A DNA stretch of 64,000 nucleotides from Eledone cirrhosa. Taxonomy: Eukaryota. Where the stretch lies: assembly GCA_964016885.1 (NCBI GenBank), contig OZ024741.1, positions 140,306,001-140,370,000 on the forward strand. The letters run 5' to 3'. Position 1 is the stretch's first letter. Every line of letters begins with the position of its first letter. Below, piece after piece: positions 1 through 15,554 of the stretch. The position numbers and the translations under genes are program-made. The notes beneath the pieces were generated by a model, which saw nothing but the letters and a program-made list of their open reading frames with translations, searched no databases and had not been told where the DNA came from.

Positions 1-155
1 TAATGCAGTGAATATAGATTCGCTCTTGTGTTCGAAGAATGTACATGCATAACCACAACAGGGACACACACGCATGTATATATACATATATATGTCCAAA
101 GGCTCTGATACCATCAAGACTATAAACATAGAGCTGGCATATCTAAGAATGACTA

Positions 156-211
156 ACTGCCTGATGAGGTCATAGCCATTCAATGGCTATCATCGAAATA
201 TATATAGCAGT
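156..211 (+). ncRNA. Type I hammerhead ribozyme (PLE pLTR type)
   Basis: actgc-CTGATGA-stem II (atagccatt/aatggctat)-GAAA-tatata-TA-gcagt. Perfect stem I and palindromic minimal stem III; followed by AATAAA and (TA)n. Confidence 0.85.
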
Positions 212-254
212 AAATAAAGGATTATGAGTTCATGCAATTGACTTATGTTTCGTC

Positions 255-288
<34 letters not shown>

Positions 289-892
289 AATTTACCGCTC
301 GTCCTCCTACGTTACATGCATGTTGCACTGTTAAGTGGTAGGGGATTCCAGGCCGGCATTCCAGTGGAACAAAACATGAGGGAATTCACTAAAATCGGAA
401 TCTTGGTTCAATTGATTTTGGCCTCTACTTAGAGGATTTTAATTTAAAGGTTTTGGTGTATTAAAAAATATACAAGAAAATATATCGTCCTCTTGTTAGT
501 GACGTGAAATTTTGGGAAGTCACGGTGGCTTTTGGCGTGTAGGATGACGTTATAGTCCCCATATTACAACCATTCTATCCGTCTTTGTGTACTCACACCC
601 ACACACACACATACCCGCCTCCCCCACACACACATATACATATATATATCAATGCAATGATTGATATATATTACTTTAACGTGTGATAAAGCACGAAAAT
701 CTTCTCAAAATGTTGACCGTTAAACCTTCATCGGAAAATAGAATGATAGATGAGAGTAAGGAAAGAAAGAAAGCGAAATAATTTAAAGGAGAAAGATTGT
801 TTTGTAATTCAGGCTAGAGACGAATTTCAACATTGTGTTGACATTACATAGTTCCTTGATCTTAATATATGTGGTATGGTGATGGATAGACT

Positions 893-1010
893 ATGGCGGT
901 AGGATGATATGCAGAATGCTTTGCGAAAATCCGTCTCGTCCTTTGACATCTGAGTTCAGATCCCATCGAAGTTAACTTTCCATTCCAACCTCTCAAGGCT
1001 GATACATAAT
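893..1010 (+). mobile_element. Degenerate Nin/Deu-domain tRNA-derived SINE
   Basis: ctgagttcagatcccatcgaagttaactttcc resembles the better copies at 29428 and 31790. Confidence 0.5.
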
Positions 1011-1642
1011 TTAACAATCCACTACTTTTATAAATTGATTCTTTCTTAATATATATTCTTCAATTACTCTCAGGAAAATAGAATGTGTTCTGATCTGGAC
1101 ACGGAAGGGCTCTGTCACGCATAAAAAGGCCAAATACGTTGCGATTAAAAGTCGCCCAGGAAATAAGGAACCATTGACAAGTTGTCGGAAACCAGAAGTG
1201 TATATACGTACGGGAAATTGTTTCTTGAAGGTTTTCAGTATGCACACAAAGAGAGGAACCTCGTTTCTTAACAAGCGGTACTTTTCTAGATATCGCTTCT
1301 ATTGCAGGAGTGGTGACCTGTTGTGCATAATTGAGGAAGTGTTGGATTGGATTATTACTCTTATTGTGAATGGATATTTGTGATTCTATATTACGTAGAC
1401 TGCAAGAAAATGACTGACGGAACACAAACATGATTTTATTCCGTTTCTTCTTTTTATCACAAAATTCCTCATTCTCATTCTACATTCTGATGAAGGACTC
1501 GCCTCCAAATCTTTGAGACACTTTTCTTACTATATCAAGCGTTCAACTAATATATATGTCTTCAATGTAGTGTATCGTTTTGGTCTTTAGATTTCCACAT
1601 AATTTTCGTATTCACATAATTTTCGTATTCCACATAAATTTC

Positions 1643-1821
<179 letters not shown>

Positions 1822-1975
1822 CGTTGAGTGTGTGAGTGGTTCAGTTAAGCAATGATCAACTGTGTTCCAACTGTGACCATGACATCAATTATAGTGTATC
1901 AATGTCTAATATATTTTTTGTGTTTTTATTTGTCATCTATCTACAGCGGGTCAAGCAATCGCGCATCTAGGCACG

Positions 1976-2045
<70 letters not shown>

Positions 2046-2491
2046 TTGATGAGGGGGAAAAGAAAATTAATCAATACAAGGTGTAAAAATTCATATCGAA
2101 GGAAGAAATTTACTATCACGTTCTGGAATTTCGGCTTCTGGCACGTTAAACTAATGAAACGAAATCTTGTCACTAGAGTTTGACGTGTGAATATCATGTT
2201 CATCAGACACACACAGACACACACACACTCACACACACGCGCGCGCGCACATACACACACATATATACATATATATATATATATATATAGTATTAAGGAT
2301 ACTATATATGGTTATGTATATACTAAAACCTTTTATAGTTATATATATTTAAAACCCTAAATAGTAAAAGACAGTAATTCACTACTATCTTATCACCAGT
2401 AAGATAAATAGCTCAATGTAACAACATCAGTTGTTTTACAGAGCAGTTATATAGAAATTACATGAATCAAAGTTCAGTTTAAATCATTTAT

Positions 2492-2541
2492 TTGCTTACA
2501 ATTGTTTCCTCCAAACCGAGGTTTGGATTTCTTCGGAGCAA
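2492..2541 (-). ncRNA. Hammerhead ribozyme (mirror copy, CCGAAGA core)
   Basis: Reverse complement of 6443-6492. Confidence 0.7.
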
Positions 2542-4009
2542 TTATTTAGTGATTTTTTACATACTTGACCTCCTTTTCAACACAAGAGACATATAGAAAC
2601 ATATGTATATATTGACCCACAGTGGGAGGACATCCATCATAATAATATAGCATGGCAATTTACATACAAAGATTGCAGTCATATTAAAGGACAAAATTGA
2701 AGTTAAAATTAAAATAAAAATTAAAATAAAACATTGGCAGTTTATGAAGATAAAGCAAGAGGAAAATTTGGAGTAGCCAGTGTATGCAACAGTCTCACCT
2801 GTGGCATGCACGCGTGTCCTATTTATACAAGATTATAGTGCGGCAGATTGTTACATGTAAAACAAGCAGTCAAAGCAGGCAATCAATAGCATCATGGGGG
2901 CTGTACTGTTAAAGCATTTTTCACACACACCTGTACGATATAGAAGCCCGTGTGTAGAGAAACACCAAAAATATCAAAAATGTCAAAAAATATTACAAAT
3001 GAGAGCCAAAACAGCACCACTGTCCTCACACACACCACCACTCACACAATCCAGGAAACGCAATTTATAGGCTACATGTCCATCACACAATCCACGATGA
3101 TTCAACATTGGGTGCCTGGTGAACCGTGCTAGAAATCATAGCTTGTCGTTCTCTATTCGATTCTATAGAGCAGATTGTTTTTGTTGTGAGAGTTGACATC
3201 GTATTATATTCCGGAAGTGTGTGTGTGATTAAGGGGAGTTAATGCGTAAGGGGGGGGGGTGTAACTAGCTGATTTCCATAGTTAAATATATTATCCTAAA
3301 GTACATTAATGGTGTTTCAAATGAGTTCCTATCATATAAGGTAATAAACAATTTCTAAATTTAATTATCTTATCTATAAATTACAGTGTAGTCTATCAAG
3401 AAGTACTAAACGTGTTCATATTAGGATGATTATCTTCTATCATGGAGTGCCACAACCAAACATTCTACATGAAGAGTCAGACCTCCAAATCAATGATCTT
3501 TGTAAGTGTAGTCTACCCGCAGAACCTGGAAGGGTCTTATTAGAATCACTTCTATATATGACTCCTGGTAAACTCTGGGTCATTGTATGTCTGAATGCAT
3601 GGCAAAGTTAAATATCACCAGGGTGGTCTAGAGCTCAATTCTCTCATACAAGGACACTAATCTGACCATCAAGCCATACATATACCTATAACTCATACAT
3701 CACCTGTACATAATTCATTGCACTCAGCATACAGATTTTATAGCTCTTTTAAATTAATTACTTAATCTTCTATTTATCCAATGGTGGCACTCCATGCACA
3801 GGACAATGTTAGTACAACCAATTCAGTGCTTACAGTTTACATTAATTATATATTAGTGCAATGTAGTCCAAGTAATTTAAGGCCAATATACCAAAAGCAG
3901 AAGTACATGGGATATCTCTAGGGTAAAATGTACTATGAGGGTGTCACTATTTGCGTTAAAGTGGACTAATGGGTGTGGAGATGAGGTGTAAGGTGTGCCC
4001 TTGATGTTA

Positions 4010-4932
4010 ACCATGATGTAACCCACACCACAGAAATTACCATAGTACCATAAAAGGAAACAACTCACCAGACATAAAAACAAAAATAGAAGAAGAAATA
4101 ATACATTTTCAACCCTCCTTTCAATCTAAACGTCTCTACCAACCTACCTAGGGCTTTCTTCTCACTACTAGATAAAAACTTCCCATCCGACCACAAGTAC
4201 CATAGCCTTTTAAACAAAAACACTATTAAAATCTCCTACTCTACTACGCCTAACATACCATACCACATAGCTTGTAGCAATAAAAGAAAAATTAATTCTT
4301 ACTTCCAACAAACTAAATCACAACAGACGATAAACCTTCAAAATAACATTATAGCAACTAACCCTAATATCAATAGAGATAATAGTAATAGCACTAGTGT
4401 AAACAATAACGCTGGGAACGACAACCCACATAACAATAACCCTATAGCTACCATCCAGATTTCTACACAACATAATAACCGGCAGACTAACACCCAGAAT
4501 AATTGTAACTGTAGATCAAATAGAACCTGCCCTTTAGATAAAATATGCTTAATCAAGGATATCATATACTCATGCACAGTCATAACTAACAACTCTTCTG
4601 GAACCTATATAGGCTCTACTTCTAACTGCTTCAAAACTAGATACAATTCGCACCTCCACTCTTTGAAAAAACACAGTCTAGCCAACTCCACTTCACTATC
4701 TAGCTACATACACTATCTACAAACTAAAAATAAACCATATACACTTAAATGGAAAGTGATAGGTAATGCGACATCGGACAAACCACCTAATAAATTTAGT
4801 AACCTCTGTCTACTAGGGACCCATACTATCATCTTCTCAAACCATAACATCCTTATTAAAAATTCAGAAGTGTTCGCGTCTTGCCAACACCGCTTCCGAC
4901 ACTCCTTGCAAAACTTTAAACCCAATATATAA
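4010..4932 (+). pseudogene. PLE linker + GIY-YIG endonuclease remnant
   Basis: FNPPFN..KNFP..HKY..N.NTIKISYS; CNCR..CPL..C; YIGSTSNCFKTRYNSH; NSEVFASCQHR; stops upstream. Confidence 0.88.
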
Positions 4933-6442
4933 CAAGGTCAGACTTAAACCCGTCACCACCTCTAGCAACTAACATCAGAGGCACACCTTACACCTCATCT
5001 CCACACCCATTAGTCCACTTTAACGCAAATAGTGACACCCTCATAGTACCTTTTACCATAGAGATATCCCCATGTACTTCTACTTTTGGTATATTGGCCT
5101 TAAATTACTTGGACTACATTGCACCAATATATAATTAATGTAAACTGTAAGCACTGAATTGGTTGTGCTAACATTGTCCTGTGCATGGAGTGCCACCATT
5201 GGATAAATAGAAGATTAAGTAATTAATTTATTAACATAAAAGAGCTATATAATCTGTACGCTGAGTGCAATGAATTATGTACAGGTGATGTATGAGTTAT
5301 AGGTATATGTATGGCTTGATGGTCAGATTATTGTCCTTGTATGAGAGAATTGATCTCTAGACCCCCCTGGTGATATTTAACTTTGCCATGCATTCAGACA
5401 TACAATGACCCAGAGCTTACCAGGAGTCATATATAGAAGTGATTCTAATAAGACCCTGCCAGGTTCTGCGGATAGACTACACTTACAAAGATCATTGATT
5501 TGGAGGTCTGACTCTTCGTGTAGAATGTTCGGTTGAGGCACTCCATGATAGAAGGTAATCATCCTAATATGAACACCTTTAGTACTTCTTGATAGACTAC
5601 ACTGTAATTTGTAGATAAGATAATTAAATTTAGAAATCGTTTATTACCTTATATGATAGGGACTCATTTGAAACACCATTAATGTACTTTAGGATAATAT
5701 ATTTAACTATGGAAATCAGCTAGTTACCTCTCTTTACGCATTAACTCCCCTTACGCATTAACTCCCCTTAATCACACACACACTTCCGGAATATAATACG
5801 ATGTCAACTCTCACAACAAAAACAACCTGCTCTATAGAATCGAATAGAGAACGACAAGCTATGATTTCTAACACGGTTCACCAGGCACCCAATGTTGAAT
5901 CATCGTAGATTGTGTGATGGACATGTAGCCTATAGATTGCGTTTCCTGGATTGTGTGAGTGGTGGTGTGTGCGAGGACAGTGATGCTGTTTTGCCACTCA
6001 TTTGTAATATGTTTGATATTTTTGATGTTTCTCTACACACGGGCTTCTATATCGTACAGGTGTGTGTGAAAAATGCTTTAGCAGTACAGCCCCCATGATG
6101 CTATTGATTGCCTGCTTTGACTGCTTGTTTTACATGTAACAATCTGCCGCACTATAATCTTGTATAAATAGGATACGCGTGCATGCCACAGGTGAGACTG
6201 TTGCATACACTGGCTACTCCAAACTTTCCTCTTGCTTTATCTTCATAAACTGCCAATGTTTTATTTTTATTTTTATTTTAACTTCAATTTTGTCCTTTAA
6301 TATGACTGCAATCTTTGTATGTAAATTGCCATGCTATATTATTATGATGGATATCAACCCACTGTGGGTCAATATATACATATGTTTCTATATGTCTCTT
6401 GTGTTGAAAAGGAGGTCAAGTATGTAAAAAATCACTAAATAA

Positions 6443-6492
6443 TTGCTCCGAAGAAATCCAAACCTCGGTTTGGAGGAAACAATTGTAAGCAA
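6443..6492 (+). ncRNA. Hammerhead ribozyme in PLE 3' pLTR (CCGAAGA core variant)
   Basis: ttgct-CCGAAGA-(tccaaacc/ggtttgga)-GAAA-caattg-TA-agcaa, then AATAAA. Confidence 0.72.
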
Positions 6493-6532
6493 ATAAATAA
6501 CTTAAACTGAACTTTGATTCATGTAATTTCTA

Positions 6533-6590
<58 letters not shown>

Positions 6591-6591
<1 letters not shown>

Positions 6592-7180
6592 CACTGATGA
6601 AGGGCTAATTTTATTCATATGTAACCCATGTGCAACCACGCAGCACTCCATTCTTCTCATATTTATATGTTTTCCTCAGCTGCGATTATCTGTCTCTTTC
6701 TTACTGCTTCCCTCTCTCTCTGTATCTCTCATCTTCTATTAGCTCCTCTGTCAGTCACACTCTCTCTCAACTGGCCTCTTCCTCACACTTCCACTCACTC
6801 ACTCTCTGCTTCTTCCCCTCTCTCACTTGCTCCCGTTTGACCTGTGTGAAATCCTTTTCTCGCTCACATCTCACCCATGTCGGATGGTCTGTATATCTCT
6901 TTCGTGTATGAATTCACCAAGCTTAAGCTTAATAGATATCATGGACTTGTTTCTTCCTATCTTTCCGTTGCAATACCATCTTTGTTTGTTTACATGTCTC
7001 GCTCGCTATATTACTTGTCCCAATAGCTTTATTAGGTATTGCTCGCACCAACTAGAGGTATATGATTTTTAAAGCGATGAAATACCAATGAAGGTTGGAA
7101 AGTCACTGATGAAGGACTAATTTTATTCATATGTAACCCATGTGCAACCACGCAGTATTCCATTCTTCTCATATTTATAT
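6591..7180 (+). mobile_element. Non-coding ~512-nt partial-tandem element in (TA)n
   Basis: Direct terminal repeats 6591-6668 and 7103-7180 begin tcactgatgaagg; interior is homologous to 47517-48160. Confidence 0.75.
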
Positions 7181-7186
7181 ATATAT

Positions 7187-7217
<31 letters not shown>

Positions 7218-7321
7218 CATGTTGGAGTTAAAGTAGTGTAGTTCTTCAGTGTACTGCGCTGTATGAGTTGTTGTTTCCGTTTACATTTTGGATACATATA
7301 TATCTGTATATATCTATATAT

Positions 7322-8861
<1,540 letters not shown>

Positions 8862-8872
8862 GTATATATGTA

Positions 8873-8933
<61 letters not shown>

Positions 8934-8935
<2 letters not shown>

Positions 8936-10766
8936 CGAAGGAAATGTGGTAAGGAACCAGGTGGACCATAACGCACCAAAGTACTCAATACTTGAGGTAG
9001 TAGAGTGGGTAATAGGAACCAGTAAGACCCCGACAGCTGAGCTCAAGCCGTTTCGACGGCTAATTTTGGACTAAATGAAAATTTATCCTGGTATTTAAAT
9101 AGCCGATCTTCTCAAGGGGTAATTCCATATATGGTCAAAGTGATTATCAAAAATCAGTAGTAATTCTGTGGTTGCAAATTAGTAGGGGAGATGGTGGCTA
9201 AACCTGCCAGTAGGAGAAAGAGGGGAGGGGGTGGAGTAGACCCAATCAAGCGTTGGTAGTGCCAGCCACAGCTGGGCATGAGGTCAAAGAAGATACAGGG
9301 GAGGGGGAGGGGGAGGAAGTCGGAACGGTAGGTAGAACAATGGGGGGTAGACATATATAGGAAAGAAAAAATACTGAGAGTGAAGAAAAGCAAATAAGTG
9401 TAAAGAAAAAAGTAAAGTAAAGTAAATTCTATGACCTAGGTCTCTAGCTATTGTTAGGCTAGAATAAATAAATAAAGAAAGAAAGACGGACCAACTCCTA
9501 AACAAGAAAGATGAACTGGTTACTGCATGTAAACATAGATTGCGTAGGACTTACCTCGCCCTCAAACCCCATAATGACCCGTGGGGGTAGACTAGGGCTA
9601 CAACACCCCACTTGCCGATTTTGCAATGGGTAACCCCTGCTTGCCAAGGGAGACGTAAGATCTTCTTTGTATTCTTTTATCTATTCCTTTATTTCCTTCC
9701 CCCCTCTCTCCTTAGTCCTTCTACCCCAGCTCTTCTCCTTTGTCGGCGTCTTTTCTCGCCCACCCGAGGCTGCCCTTTGGCCCCTTGTAGCCTTAGTACC
9801 CCCACCCCTCCCCTAGTATATGATAGATTTGGCGGACTCCGCCCTTTATAGCAGTTGGTTTAGACCCCGGATACTTGTCCCCTTTTTCCGACCGCTCCCA
9901 CTATTCTGTGTGCCCTCTATATTTCTTAGTGGCACTTATGCCTTATTTTTTCGTTTCAGTATTTCTTTCTTCGCTTTTATTTTGGGCGGGGTGGATTCTG
10001 AATTTATTTTTCCGTATTCTACCTTTACTTCGTACGAACTTTCATGTAGATTGTTTTAGATCTTTTAGAGTTAGCATTAGTATATATTTTTCTCGGGACT
10101 CAGAATTATTATCTCGTACAAGTTCACTTTGCTGCACTGGGTGGTTGCTGGCATTGTGCCCGGGATGGAAACCTTTATTGTTTATTTCGTGGTAGTCTCT
10201 TTAGTATTTTGGCCCCTTTTGTTGACCCGTCACCGTATCATTTACGTACTTATACCTCTTAAAAGGGTCCTTGCCAATTCCGTCCCACCTAGTTCTTTTA
10301 CTTATTTCGTTATTTCTTTATTTCTTTCTTTACTTCTTTCTTTCTTTATTTATTTATTTATTCTAGCCTAACAATAGCTAGAGACCTAGGTCGTAGAATT
10401 TAATTTACTTTACTTTTTTCTTTACACTTATTTGCTTTTCTTCACTCTCAGTATTTTTTCTTTCCTATATATTTCTACCCCCCATTGTTCTACCTACCGT
10501 TCCGACTTCCTCCCCCTCCCCCTCCCCTGTATCTTCTTTGACCTCATGCCCTCCCCTCTTTCTCCTACTGGCAGGTTTAGCCACCATCTCCCCTACTAAT
10601 TTGCAACCACAGAATTACTACTGATTTTTGACAATCACTTTGACCATATATGGAATTACCCCTTGAGAAGATCGGCTATTTAAATACCAGGATAAATTTT
10701 CATTTAGTCCAGAATTAGCCGTCGAAACGGCTTGAGCTCAGCTGTCGGGGTCTTACTGGTTCCTAT
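8934..10766 (+). mobile_element. Severely 5'-truncated Naiad-type PLE with inverted pLTR
   Basis: 9012-9487 is the inverse of 10335-10766; 9489-9590 encodes DQLLNKKDELVTACKHRLRRTYLALKP (endonuclease C-terminus); ~1.2-kb 3'UTR. Confidence 0.85.
10658..10751 (+). ncRNA. Hammerhead-like motif (atypical core TTGAGAAGA)
   Basis: acccc/ggggt stem I, cggcta/tagccg stem II, GAAA-cggct..agctg-TC; mirror copy at ~9026-9120. Confidence 0.55.
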
Positions 10767-11096
10767 ATATATATATATATGGTGAAATGAACAGGGAATG
10801 ATTTTGATTTATAACTTTGCACATTCTATTCCGTCATTTTATTATGTCTTTAATTTCTCATTCTATTTTCTCATGAAGGATTATTATCCTAAACTATAAC
10901 TAATACTATATTTACGTGAAACTAATACATATGTTCTTCGTATTTCCTCATCTGTTTTGTTAGTTTACTTTTCATATACATATATATTTATGCATTGCGT
11001 AAAAAAATAAAGAGTTTTGATATAATTTAAAGATATTTGAGCCTTACGCTGAAGCTCAAACCTTTGCGATGTTTCTGTATACACACACACACGCAC

Positions 11097-11192
<96 letters not shown>

Positions 11193-11996
11193 GTATGTGC
11201 GTGTGTGTATGTGTGTGTGTGTGTGCATGTGCGTGTGTGTTTATGTGTGCGTGTGCGTCTGTGTGCATATATACATATATTCGGTATATAAGGATGCAAT
11301 TCCACTCAAGCACTCGACGTCATATCACCTCTTTAAATTAAGGGTGACGGAGTATATTTATAAAAATACGAATATGAGCATAGACATGTATGTAAACCCA
11401 TATTTGTATGTGTATTTAATGCATGTGTGTATGTGCAATTCGATATAAGCTATAGATTATGTTTAATTCTAAATAAACATTGGTATCGTGCTGGTGACTG
11501 CTATCTGTGCTATATACATTTGAAAGCAATGAATAAATAATGTAATGATGTACTATACTATTACTTACCTCCTCTAATTTAGTAGGTGAATTCCGAGGGA
11601 AAATTGAATACTTAGAGTGTGTTTAGGCATAAACAACTGTATTTGGAGAATGAGAAAGCCAATGAAACGGTCCCTTCTTTTAACCTCTATCTCCTGATTG
11701 AATCGCATCCTGGGCATTTAAACCTAGCTGTGCCCTGTCCTCTCCAGATTTGAACCTAGCTATTATACTCAGCGTATAGATATCGGGAGAGTGACAGAGC
11801 AGTGGAGAGAAAGGGTGCGGGACAGGGGATTGAGTGAGGGAGAAGAGAAAAGAAACGGTTCAATTACTAGACTGGCACCTTATCGAAATGGGCTTGGCGT
11901 AATTTGAAATCAGAACATAAATAAACATCACATGAAACATTTTCCAATTCTCTATTGTTTCAGCCAACCTAACGCCTTAATTCCCCATCTAATAAT

Positions 11997-12402
11997 CGTT
12001 TCTTATATAGGCACAATGCCAGCAATTAGGAGGGAGGGGAAAGGCGATTAAATCGACCCCTACTGCGTGACTGGTACTTTATTTTATCGACCCCGTAAGA
12101 ATGAAAGGCTAAGTTAACCTCGGCAGGATTTGAACTCAGACCATATGCTGCAAAACATTACGTCCGACCTTCTACCGATACTGCCAATCAACCGCCCTTA
12201 TTGCCCATTTAATAAGTGTTTCTACTTTTGGCACAAGGCCAGCAATTACCCAGTACATTACTGGTACTTTATTTTATAGACTTCGTAAGGATCAAAGGCA
12301 ATGTCAACCTCGGTGGGATTTGAACTCAGAATAGCAAGGGCCGTAACTCTATGCGTCAAAGCATGGTGTCAGACCCTCTACCGATACTTCAATCTACCAC
12401 AT
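11997..12402 (-). mobile_element. Two tandem Nin/Deu-domain SINEs inserted at the same target (older degenerate copy at ~11865-11978)
   Basis: Central gttaactt/gcctttcatccttacggggtcgataaaataaagtaccag motif; target-like ttccccatttaataat is repeated at ~11982, ~12201 and ~12403. Confidence 0.85.
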
Positions 12403-12742
12403 TTCCCCATTTAATAATGACTAGTCAACACATCGTGTCCATTGGTTCTACAATGTTGAAATTAGTTTGCAGAGAAGAGTGAGAGTTCCAGTTAATACGA
12501 TGCTATTCGTGTTTTCACTAAGCATATAATATATTTTAATACAATGAAAAGAAATACAGACGAGAAACATAACAGTTCAGATTATATATCAAAGTAAATA
12601 ACAGCATCACTAATTAGTCTTTCGGCAGATTCGTGTGAAATAAGAACGATAAAAAACAATCACGCCCGATAATTAGTCTTTTCACAGATGTATATAGTAA
12701 ATATACATCGTATAAGTATATATATAAGTAGTATATAGGAGC

Positions 12743-12884
12743 TGCGAGATTGATTGGCAATGACTTTAAATTTAGAATGTGTTTTTAAGATATTTGCTGA
12801 AAGAAAACGAATTTGCGAGATTGATTGGCAATGACTTTAAATTTAGAATGTGTTTTTAAGATATTTGCTGAAAGAAAACGAATT
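12743..12884. repeat. ~70-bp tandem duplication
   Basis: tgcgagattgattggc...gaaaacgaattt occurs twice, adjacent. Confidence 0.95.
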
Positions 12885-13074
12885 TGGTTTTCTGAAAGGT
12901 TATGTGAAATATGCTATATGTTTTAGCCACATCGATCCATGGACTCCAAGTAGGATCGTCGTTGTGACATACAACGACCGTTCAACATTTAAAACTGCTA
13001 GAGCCTTATCTCTCCAGTTAAGAATACAAGAAGAAGAGAGATGTATGGAAAGAAATTAAGGAGAGTAAATAAAG

Positions 13075-13220
13075 GAAGAATCGACACCAATCCTGAACTG
13101 GAATTTTATTTCCCGACCACAAAAGGATGAAATGTAATATTAAGTGCATTGGATTTTTGAACAAAGAGATGGAACGAATACAACCACGCATTCTATCACA
13201 TTCTGCCAATTCACCGCCTT
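13075..13220 (-). mobile_element. Degenerate SINE copy
   Basis: ttctgccaattcaccgcctt head and aaatcgac/ctgg..ttttattt..cgacc core. Confidence 0.55.
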
Positions 13221-13531
13221 AGCAAATAGTTACGTGAGCGAAATCTAAATTACGACGGATTTACACAAGAAATAATAGAAGCAATATCGGAAATTCCCCA
13301 AAATAGATATGGTGGAAATGGTAAATTATTATGGCATTATAAAAAGTTAATTACAGTTTATTACCCCAGGTTTTACATGAATGAAAATCATAACAAGTTT
13401 GGAAATATAGTAAATGAAATTAAATGATATTTAACGGGTGATTATATTCGGCTGGAAATTAAATATGTATAATTTATAAAATCGGAATCAACCAACAGAA
13501 ACACATTTATACAAAACTATATGAGATATAA

Positions 13532-13565
<34 letters not shown>

Positions 13566-13618
13566 TAATAAAAATAATGAATAAAAACAAAGAAACAGTT
13601 CCTTATATTAAAAAATTC

Positions 13619-13753
13619 ATCATTTTACCATCGTTTCTAGGATATATAAGTGTGTGTTGGTATGTATATCATATAGATCTATGTAAACATGTTTACAAAC
13701 TATCAGAGGGAATATACATACCTACACATATATATGTTGTCTTCAGAAATAAT
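13619..13753 (-). ncRNA. Hammerhead ribozyme with ~100-nt stem II
   Basis: attattt-CTGAAGA-long hairpin (gtatgtatat/atatacatac, apical tgtaaacatgtttaca)-GAAA-cgatgg-TA-aaatgat. Confidence 0.7.
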
Positions 13754-14419
13754 GATATTTGTTTATTGAAAAAAAAACAACAAAGATTTAATATAATAGG
13801 TCTGTTTGGGAACAGGTTTTGAATTGAGCAATAGAAAGGTAGTAAGTGGTCAAGTTGATAGAATAGTAGTAGTAGTCGAAATTTAATTTAGGGGTAGAGG
13901 AATGCAGACTTCAGTTTTGAATGGAAAGATTACTTTGGGGATGAAAATAGGTCAAACTGGTGAAAGTTACACGAACAATTAATGTTATTAAAGAATAATG
14001 CAAATGTTAAAATCTAAGGAGAATAAAATTTTACGATAAATGTGTTAGTGAAAAATATCAATCATATTTAAAACAAGGAATTTAGATCTATAAAAAGAAA
14101 ATAAATTAATTTAATTGATAGGTATATTTATATGGATAAATTTATATTAATTCATATAGATATGATAAATAAGAGTTAGATGTAATGAAAGAATGTTGTT
14201 AAAAACGAAGGAAACAAAATGTTATAGATTACAAGGAATATAGATTCATAACCTGAAATTAAAATAGTTTATATGTATAGTTATTGGTATAAATTTTAGG
14301 AAAAGATAGCTGTAAAAGGGAAATAAAATTATGCAGTTGATTAGTAGTAGAATATTAATTATAGGTTAACTAATTTTTAAAAAATGTTATTATAATAATT
14401 GGTAAAATATAAGTGTATA

Positions 14420-15554
14420 TTAATTAGGTTTATAATATTTAAAAGTTTTTCTAATTCTATGATTACATGATATAATTAATTCTTGTCGCTTATTTAATAG
14501 GATATCCTTAGATTTCATTATTTCATACCTAGTATTTTGATAAGGGGTGGCCCTTTTGAGCACACTCCAGGTCAGGTTATAATCGATATTCTTTTTTCTA
14601 TAATTATTAATTATTTCAGCTAAGGATGTTGTATTAGCTAATGCGGCATTTTTAAAACTGCGTTTGTGGGTATTAAATCTTACGTTAAATTGGTTAGAAG
14701 TAGCTCCTATATATGAATAAGTTGAGTCCTTAGTGTTAATTTTACATTTATATACTATGTTATTAATAAGGCAATTTCCTTTGTTTCTACAGTTACAACC
14801 TTTCGTGAATGTTATATCAGGGGAGTTAGTCAAATTAGGTGTGGAATTTTCTCGACTTGTTGTATGTGAATGAGATGGTGGTTTGCTGTGGTTTATTTTA
14901 GTATTATGGTTAGTTTGATGTATTGGTGGTATATTCATGTTTTTTTTTACACTTATATGCATTATAGGCACTTATATTTTGTTGTATATTTTTGGTTGTT
15001 GAGTGCAGAATTTGACCTTTGATCTATTTAAAATTTGATGGTATTTATGGTTTGGCGGGAAGTTTTTCTGTAGGATAGTAAACATTTTTTTAGGTATGTT
15101 ATCTTTCATTTGTAGATTAAATGGAGCATTATACCAAGTAACTCGTCTATTACGGTTTCGATGTTGTTTTTTTATTTTTATACAATGTATCCTGATGTTT
15201 ACTAAGATAATTAGTATTAGTGATTTTATTACACATATTTTTAATTAGATTCACTGATTTAGGTGTTTTAGCCTGATTATTAGGAATTTTGTTAGTAATG
15301 TTATTAACATATATTGGAATATTAGGATGAATGGTTTTTTGAAAGTTATTATATTGTATATTAGAAGAGGTAGAGAAATTAAGTTTTCAGTTGGTATTTT
15401 TGGATATAGTGTGAGTGGCATTTAGGTGTGTATATTTTATTTGGTGTTTGTTAGTAATATTGGGTTGTATGTTTGTAGTATTATTGGTTCGAGGTATATA
15501 TACTAATTTGTTTTTGTGGCCGCTTCTAGCTAAAGCTTCGTTATAAAAGGTCGC

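Larger units (their letters stand above)
2290..6535 (+). mobile_element. 5'-truncated Naiad-type Penelope-like element with a ~1.55-kb inverted copy of its 3' region
   Basis: 2448-4008 is the reverse complement of 4971-6535 (mirrored ORFs 2557/6179 and 3426/5377 in the track). The spacer encodes the GIY-YIG end. Both ends lie in (TA)n. Confidence 0.9.

Noticed and set aside
1011-1431. Overlapping 69-123-aa ORFs
   Set aside because: No recognisable motifs or splice structure.
700-1600. HHR-like words (ccgatgaagg at ~730 minus, ctgatgaagg at 1486; also ~2120-2207, 10870 and 20500-20730)
   Set aside because: GAAA, stem III or stem I missing or mutated; probably decayed pLTRs but not supportable as ribozymes.
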